Assembly (NCBI RefSeq): GCF_009914755.1
Contig: NC_060925.1
Strand: one strand, 5' to 3'
DNA from: the human T2T-CHM13v2.0 reference genome, Homo sapiens
DNA: 64,000 nucleotides
Made by a program: the position numbers and the translations under genes. The notes under the pieces are model-generated. The model saw nothing but the letters and a program-made list of their open reading frames with translations, did not search any database and was not told where the DNA came from. Below are positions 55,501 to 64,000 of the stretch, piece after piece (position 1 is the first letter of the stretch; every line of letters starts with the position of its first letter).

Positions 55501-55781
55501 ATCTTAAAAGTTTTTAAATGGTCCCAGTGATTACATAGAATAATAATATGAAGGACTGTTCAGTATATTCTCCTCTTTCTTAATGTGGCTGCTCAGAACT
55601 AGATGCCACACCCCATATTTTCCTTATCCCCTGGCAGATAGTGAACCTTTCAAAAAATTGATGTAAGGAAGGGAAGAAGAACAAAGAGATGAAAAGAAAA
55701 GAAGGAATCTGTCCATGGGAAAAAATTCGCTAAATGAGGGCCATGCCAAGGTACTCACCATATAGTGGAATATAATATACT

Positions 55782-56158
55782 TGTATTAGTCCATTCTCAT
55801 GCTGCTAATAAAGACATACCTGAGACTGGGTAATTTATAAAGGAAAGAGGTTTAATTGACTCACAGTTCCACAGGGCTGGGGAGGCCTCAGGAAACTTAC
55901 AGTCATGGCGGAAGGGGAAGCAAACATGTCCTTCGTCACATGGCAGCAGCAAGGAGAAGTACAGAGCAAAGTAGGGGAAAAGCCCCTCATAAAACCATCA
56001 GGTCTTGTAAGAACTCACTCACTATCATGAGAACAGCATGGAGGTAACCATCCCCATGATGGAGTTACCTCCTACCAGGTCCCTTCCATGACACATGGGG
56101 ATTATGGGAACTGCAGTTCAAGATGAGATTTGGGTGGGGACACAGGCAAACCATATCA
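55782..56158 (-). mobile_element. THE1C-like MaLR solo LTR
   Basis: tgtattagtccattctcatgctgctaataaagacatacctgagactggg...caaaccatatca; 5-bp TSD atact/atagt. Confidence 0.93.
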
Positions 56159-57029
56159 ATAGTATATCCTTTATCCATGAGCTAACACAATAATCCTTTC
56201 AACCGAAGATTTTGACTGTCTGTTCTATGTAACACTCTGTGCTATTCTAGAAAAGGTTGTATTCTGGGAAAGGTTATTAAACAGATGGTTGTGAGCCATA
56301 AGAAAGTGGAAGACATCTCTAGGAATAAACAAGAATCCACTAAAAGAAAGTCAAGCCAAATCGACATGATCATCTGTGATAGAAGAGACTAGTCAGGCAA
56401 AACACTGCTGTAGGTTAGTTCATTTTGATTTCGGAACAACGTTTGAGGGAGGTTCTCAAGGAACTGTGATTGAAAACATAGATTGCTTAATAATTTAATG
56501 AGGTGATGTTTAATAAGCTTAATAACTATAAAAATGAAAACTAACATTATTCTATAAAAATTTGTTCTGGAAGCTGTGCTATTTGGGGTGGTACTAATTG
56601 ACTGAATGGCAATGGAAACTTCAGGAAGATAAAATGTTAAATCTATCACATCTAGGTAAATAAACATTAAGTCTCACATTTGAGCCAGGAACAAAGTTTC
56701 TATTTAAGGAATTTGAGGTGGGGGGTGCAGATAATGCACAAAGGTGAAAAAGCACAGCTTTCTTCTGTTCTTTGAGCATATTCTTTGTCAGCCTATAGGC
56801 TGACCAATGATTTATGATATTCAGATGCAAATTAAGGGCAGAAAAAAGCGAAGAAATGAACATTCATAGAGAGTTGTGAAAAGGTTTAAAACCTATTCTA
56901 GGTTCTGCTTAGGATATTAGCCAAAAATGTGAATCCTTCAAGTAGTTACAGGGTTGTATTTCCTGAGACCTAGATAAAATGCCTTTGGCCAGTTTCTTTT
57001 CTTCAGGGGAATATAAGAAACACAGCGCT

Positions 57030-57245
57030 GGATAAGAGTGATATAATGGACTATGGGGACTCAGGGAGGTCCGGGGAAAGGTTGGGAGGGAAGGAGAGAT
57101 AAAAGACTACATATTGGGTACAGTTTACACTGCTTGGGTGAAGGATGCACTAAAATCTCAGAAATCACCACTAAAGAACTTATCCATGTAACCAAAAACC
57201 ACCTGTACCCCCAAAACTATTGAAATTTTTTTAAAAAGAAAAGAA
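57030..57245 (+). mobile_element. L1PB-like 3' terminal fragment
   Basis: gataaaagactacatattgggtacag...caccactaaagaacttatccatgtaaccaaaaaccacctgtacccc. Confidence 0.85.
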
Positions 57246-58565
57246 ACAGTGCTAGGTTGACCTTTGACCATCTGCCCCAGTATTAAGTTTGACAGCAGCA
57301 CATCAAGCAATACCACATCCCTAAACTCAAAAGAATATAGTCTCAAAACATAAAAACTGAATGATTCAACTTCAAATTATGCAAACCATCTTTTGGAGTT
57401 CTTTCTATTTTCAACCATTTCCAACTATTGAGGTAATAAGTGACCAATGTTTACTCTATATTGGATTAAATATTACTGTTATACATCTTAAATTTACTTC
57501 TGAAATCTCCAAGTCATCACATCTACCACCCTCTCCCCATATCCTGGTTTTAACAGCATCTGGCTGTAAGTTCCGTGTTTATCCTATCTGTGCCCTTTTG
57601 ATGTTATAGACTTCCACCAGCCACCTCCCCAACATTTATCTTGGCAGACAAGAATTTATACAAATTTAACAGTCCCTCCTGACCTGGATCATTCCCATTG
57701 CCTTTCTCTGGCCCTTCTCCAGCAACATTATAGGATTCTCTTAGGGCAGTCACAAAGACTGCATATCCTTTTCTGTGAGGTGGATGATTGTGAACCCGTT
57801 GGTTCGCATAGTGTTTTCTCGATAGCAGCTAGGGGATTTGGATTTGATTCAGAAATGACTTGGACATTACCCACACACAATCCTGTAATTCCTCTCTTTG
57901 GAGCCACGATTACAGGGGATGCCAGGTCCTATTCATTTTGGCCTTTTTTGTCCAACTTTTCCTTCTCCAATTGTAAACATTTGCAATGACCGTATAAAGT
58001 CCTATCCTTAAAAGAGACACACTTATAGTTTCAAGAAGGTGCTATGTGATTGTTTCCATTTCCATTATTCTTCCTTCAAAAAAGATGGTTTAACAATATT
58101 TTCCTGCCACTTGTCAGAAGGATAAGTGGACAGTTTTCCCATCTTACTATTTGCTTAATATTTCCATCTTAATATTTATAATATTTTATATTCCTTTCCT
58201 GATGAAACTTCACTTGTGGGATTTGGTGTTTTTTATTTATTTGTTTGTTTGTTTCTTTGTTTTTTCATAGACTACACGTTTTAGAGAAGTCTTAAGTTCA
58301 TAGCAAAATGGAGAAGAAAGCACAGAGAATTCCCATACACCCCCTGCCCCAACACATGCACAGCCTCCCCTGTTTTCAGCATCCCCCACCAGGGTGTGTA
58401 ATTGTGACAAGAGATGCATCAACGTTGACACATCATCACCAAAGACCCTGGTTTACCTGAGGTTTCACTCTTGGTGTTGTATATTCTATGGGTTCAGACA
58501 AGTATATTCACAATTACAGAATCATGTATCCACCATTATAGTATCATACAGAATAGTTTCACCTA

Positions 58566-58863
<298 letters not shown>

Positions 58864-59931
58864 GAATAGTGTCACCTAAAAATCCTCTGTGCTCTACTTA
58901 TTCATTCCTCCCTGCACCCTAACCTCTGGCAGCCACTGATCTTTTTACTGTCTCCATATATTTGCCTTTTCCAAAGTGTCATATACTTGTAATCATGTAG
59001 TATGTAGCCTTTTCACATTGCCTTTTTTCCCTTAGTAACATGCATTTAAAGTGCCTTCATGTCAGTTCATGTCTTGATAGTGTCTGTCTTTGTAGCTTTG
59101 AATAATATTCCATTGTACTGCAGTTTATTTATTCATTCACCTACTGGAGGACATCTTGGTTGCTTTCAAGTTTTAGCAATTATGAATAAAGTTGCTATAA
59201 ATATTCATGTGTAGGCTTTTGTGTGGACATAAGTTTTCAGCTCCTTTGAATAAATACCAAGTAATGTGATTGCCAGATTGTATAGTTAGAATATGTTTAG
59301 TTTCGTAAGAAACTGCTAAACAGTATTCCAAAGCATCAGTACCATTTTGCGTTCCTGTTGGCAATAAATTAAAGTTCCTACTGCTCCATATCCTCACCAA
59401 CATTTGGTGTTCTCAGTGTTCTGGATTTTTGCTATTCTAATAGGTATGTAGTGGTATCCTGTTGTTTTACTTTGCATTTCTCTAAGAAAATATGTTGAGC
59501 ATGTTTTCCTATGTTTCTTTGCCAACTGTATATCCTCTTTGGTGAAGAGTCTGTTCAGGCTTTGACCATTTTTTAGTCAGGTGGTTGGTTTTCTTATTGT
59601 TGAGTTGTAAGCATTCTTTGTATATTTTGGAGAACAGTTCTTTATGTGTTTTGCAAATATTTTCTTCCAGTCTGTGACTTTTCTTCTCATTCTCATGACA
59701 GTGTCTCTCACAGAGAAGACATTTTAATGAAGTCCCGCTTATCAATTATTTCTTTCATGAATGGTTACTTTGGTGTTGTATCAAAAAAGTCATCACCAAA
59801 CCCAAGGCCACCTAGATTTTCTCCTTCGTTACGTTCTAGAAGTTTTATAATTTTATATTTTACATTTAGATATGTGATTCATTTTGAGTTAATGTTTTGT
59901 GAAGGGTGTAAGGTCTGTGTCTACATTTATT

Positions 59932-59952
59932 TGTGTGTGTGTGTGTGTGTGT
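59932..59952. repeat. (TG)n microsatellite
   Basis: tgtgtgtgtgtgtgtgtgtgt. Confidence 0.9.
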
Positions 59953-62348
59953 ATAGATGTCGAGTCGTTCCAGTTGTGGAAAAGCTATCTGTAGTCTGTT
60001 GTATTGCCTTTGCACCATTGTGAAAGATCGGTTCACTATATTCATGTGGGCCTATTTCTGGGCTCTCTATTTTGTTTTATTAATCTGTCTGTCCTTTCAC
60101 CAATAGAACACTGTCTTGATTATCTTTTAACAGGTCTTGAAGTAAGATGGTATCAGGCCTCTGACTTTGTTGTCCTTTAATATTGTATTGATTATTCTGG
60201 ATCTTTTGCCTCTCCATGTAAACTTTAAAATCATTTTGCCCATATACACAAAATAACTTTCTGGGATTTTGATTGGGACTGTATTGAATCTAGAAATCAA
60301 ATGAGGAGTAACTGACATCTGGACAATATGGAGTCTTCCTATCCATGAGCATGAAACATCTCTCCATTTATTTAGTTCTTCTTTGACAGCTTTTATAGTT
60401 TCAGAGTTTCAGAGTTTTCCTCATGTCAATCTTACACTATTGTGATAGATTTATACCTATTTGGGGGAAATTAACATTAATATGTGTTTTTAATTTCAAA
60501 TTCCACCTGTTCATTGCTAGTACAGGAAAGCAATGGACTGTTGTGAACTGCATTCTGCAACATTGCTACAATTGCTTATTAGTTTTAGGAGTTTGGGCAA
60601 GAGGGTTTGTTCTTCTATTTTTGTTTTGGGGATTTTTTATGGGTTCTTTTGGATTTCCTACATAGATGATCATGCCAATACAGTTTTATTTCTTCCTTCC
60701 TAATCTAAATTCTTAGCATTCCCTTTTCTTGTGTTATTGCATTAGCTGGAACTTCCAGTGTCATGTTGAAAAGCAGTGGTGAGCGGGGACATCCTTGCCT
60801 TGTACATGATATTAGTGGGAAAGCTACTAGTTTCTCATTATTAAGTATGATATTAGTTGTGAAATTTTTGTAGATATTCCTTAAAAATTAAGGATATTTC
60901 CCTCTCTTCTTTGTTTACTGGGACTTTTATCATGAATACGTGTTGGGTTTTGTCAAATCCTATTTCTGTATTTATTGATAATAATCAAGTTGTTTTTCAT
61001 CTTACCATATTGATATTATGGATTACATTAATGAATTTTCAAATGTTGAACCAGCCTTGCATATTTGGGATAAATTTCACTTGGTCGTATTGTATATTCC
61101 TTTTATGTATTGTTGGATTTGGTTTGCTAATATTTTGTTGAGGACTTTTGCATCTATGTTCTTAAGCGATACTGGTCTATAGTTTTCTTTTCCTGTAATG
61201 TATTTGTCTAGTTTTGGTATTAGGATAATGTTAGCTTCATAGAGTGTATTAGTATTTTCTCTGCTTCTATCTGCTGAAAGTGATCATAGAGAATTGGTGT
61301 AATTTTTCTTTAAATATTTGGTAGCATTTACCAGTGAACCCATCTGGGACTAGTGCTTTCCATTTTGGAAAGTGAATTAATTATTGATTTAATTTCTCTA
61401 ATGGATATAGGCCTATTTTGATCAACTGTTGCTTCTTGTCTAAGTTTTTGGCAGCTTGTAGCTTTCAAGAAATTAATTCCTGCCATCTAGATTATCAAAT
61501 TTGTGGGCAACATGTGTTCATAATGTTCCTTTATCATCCTTGTAAAGTCCATGTTATCTGCAGTGATGTCTCCTCTCTCGATTAGGATTTAGTAATTTGA
61601 ATTCTTACTTTTTTTCTTAGTTGGCCTGGCTAGAGACTTATTGGTTTTACTGATCTTTTCAAAGAACTAGTTTTCAGTTTAGTTGATGTTCTCTACTGAT
61701 TTTCTCTTTGTAGAAATCGGTTTCATTGATTTCTGCTCCATTTATTATTATTTCTTTTCTATCTGCTTACTTTGGAATTGATTTGCTCCTTTTCTACTTT
61801 TCTAAGGTGGAAACTTAGATTATGGATTTTAAGATCTTTCTTTCCTAATATATACATTCAATGCTATAAATTTCCCCTTCAGCACTAGTCTTGCTGCACC
61901 ACACAAGTTTTGATAAAATTGTGTACCATTTGCAGTTAGTTCAAAATATTCCAAATTTCTTTTTGCGATTTCTTCTTTGACACATATATTATTTAGAAGG
62001 GAGTTGTTTACTTTCTGTTTTGGGGACTTTTCAGCTATAGTTATTGTTTTTTAACTTAGTTTCATTGTAGTCTTAAAGCAGACGTTGTTTGATTTCTAGT
62101 TTTTTTTAATTTGTTAAAGTGTGTTTTATGGCCCAGAATGTGGTCTATTTTGGTGAATGCTTCATATAAACTTGAGAAGAATGTATACTCTAATACTTTT
62201 GTCTGAAATAGTCTACAGATGTTCATTATACCTATGGTATTTTTGAGCTCAACTATGTCCTTTCTGATTTTCTGTCTGCTGGGTCTATTTCTCATAAGTA
62301 GATGTCAAAGTCTCCAGCTATAATATTGGATTCACCTGTTTCTTTTTT

Positions 62349-62815
62349 AATGGAGGATAAAAAATATAATTTAATATAATAATTATAGTTATGCTTAGAG
62401 AGATAAGAAACAATATTTTGGAAAATTTCTAAGTTATAAAAACATATTCAATAGTCTTAATATATGGGAAAATACATATTATTATGTATGTGTATCTATG
62501 TTGAAAATAGAATGGACACAGCTGAAGATAGTAAGCTATTAATAGAAGACTAAGAAAGGTAAATTTCACAGAAATAAATGAATAAGAGTATATGCAGGAT
62601 TTATATAAAACATGCAAGATAATAATAGCCATCTTGAAGGGATTCCAGGTTACTCCCTAAAAGAACAGAGAGAAGTGAGTAAATAGTCAAACAATCAAAT
62701 GCATGAGTCTAAAGTCTGAAATGAACAGCTGAGAACTGAACAAGATTAATAAAAACAGACTCAAATTTAGATACATGTGAATGACATTTAAGAATTGCAA
62801 GATAAGATAGATTTG
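62349..62815 (+). mobile_element. Highly diverged L1/HAL1 ORF1-like fragment
   Basis: aatagaatggacacagctgaaga; gagtctaaagtctgaaa...aacaagattaataaaaacagactcaaatttagatacat resemble ORF1 coiled-coil/RRM coding sequence. Confidence 0.5.
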
Positions 62816-62819
62816 TTAA

Positions 62820-63185
62820 TTTTTCTTTCAACTTTTATTTTAGGTTCGGGGGTATATGTGCAGGTTTGTCACATGAATAAGTTGCATGATGCTGAGGTTT
62901 GGGGTACAAATAATCCTGTCACCAGAGTGTGAGGACGGTACTTGATAGGTAGTTTTTCCACCCTTTCCCCACTTCCACTCTACCCACTGTGGTAGTCCCC
63001 AGTGACTATTGTTCCCTTCTTATGTCCAGATGTAGTCAATGTTTAGTTCCCTCTTATAAGTGAGAACGTGCAGTATTTGGTATTCTGTTCCTGCATTAAT
63101 TCACCGAGGATAATGGCCTCCAGCTACATCCATGTTGCTGCAAAGGACATGATTTCGTTCTTTTTGATGTCTGCCTAGTATTCCA
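62820..63185 (-). mobile_element. L1PA15/16-like 3' end
   Basis: caacttttattttaggttcggggg...gctgaggtttggggtacaaataatcc...catgttgctgcaaaggacatgatttcg. Confidence 0.88.
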
Positions 63186-64000
63186 AGATTCATCAGTTCT
63201 ATAAGTTTTTGCTTCACTTACTTAGATGCTTTCTCGTAAAGTTTCATCGTTAGGCCTTCTTGGGAATTGATCCCTTTTTATCATTGTGCAATGCTCCTCT
63301 TTTTTCCCTGATAACTTTTCTTGCTCTGAGGTCTACTCTGTCTGAAATTAATATGACTACACCTGGTTTCTTTTGATTAGCATTAGCTGTTGTTTTCTAT
63401 GTGTTGCCCAAGTTCATTGTTCTTATTTTTATTTTTCCTTTTTCTACTTTCAGTCATTTTAATTGAACATTCTATGTGATTTCATTTTCTCTCCTTTCTT
63501 AGTATATCAGTTTTACTCCTTTTCTATTTTTATTTTTTAGTGGTCGCCTTAAAGTGTGCAATACATTTACAGCTAACTCAGGTCCACGTTCAATTAACAC
63601 TATACCACTTTGTGGTGATATAAGTACCTTAGAATAGCAAAGTATTCCAAATTCCTCCCTCCTGTCCCCTATATCATTGCTGTCATTTATTTGACTTATA
63701 CATTAGCTGTAATTATTAATACGTCGTTACAATTAACATTTTGAACAAAATGTTATGTGTTAGATTACTTAAAAATACAAAAATAGAAGTTTTGATTTTA
63801 CCTTTATTTATTCTTTTTCTAACGCTTTTCCTTTTTATTCCTAATGGTTTTTTGTTTGTTTTTGTTTCTTTATATTTTTAGTGACTGAATTAACTTATTA
63901 GCAACAAGGCTAATGGAAATCACTTGAGCCTCTCTAAGTCTTTCTCCTCCCTTGACACATTTGGAGGACTGAGGGAACTAAGTGATTTCTAATGTCTTTC

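Noticed and set aside
59173-62295. Active L1 ORF2
   Set aside because: Only fragmentary frames with many stops and deletions; ancient L1MC

Overview
Primate, most likely human, AT-rich non-coding genomic DNA. It is intron-like or intergenic and carries AluJ/S/Y, L1, L2, L3/CR1, MIR, MaLR/ERV1 solo LTRs and hAT/mariner fossils. I recognise no protein-coding gene, RNA gene or CRISPR array. The ORFs I can place are Alu, L1 or Charlie remnants, and the rest are unassigned. Repeat family names come from my recall of consensus sequences, not from a RepeatMasker run, so subfamilies are approximate. The most striking structure is a TSD-bounded L1 insertion at 24598-25040. It contains a 118-bp inverted copy of its own target flank plus a 32-bp inverted L1 fragment, which looks like a fossil twin-priming plus fold-back event. 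Other highlights are a 22-copy 26-bp minisatellite built on a GATA/NK-type palindrome (11520-12087), two ~45-bp locally templated copies with fold-back flanks (24422, 34979), and a perfect ETS-motif tandem duplication (19239). I found no convincing new multi-gene system; the novelty is at the level of mutational mechanism and possible regulatory repeats.
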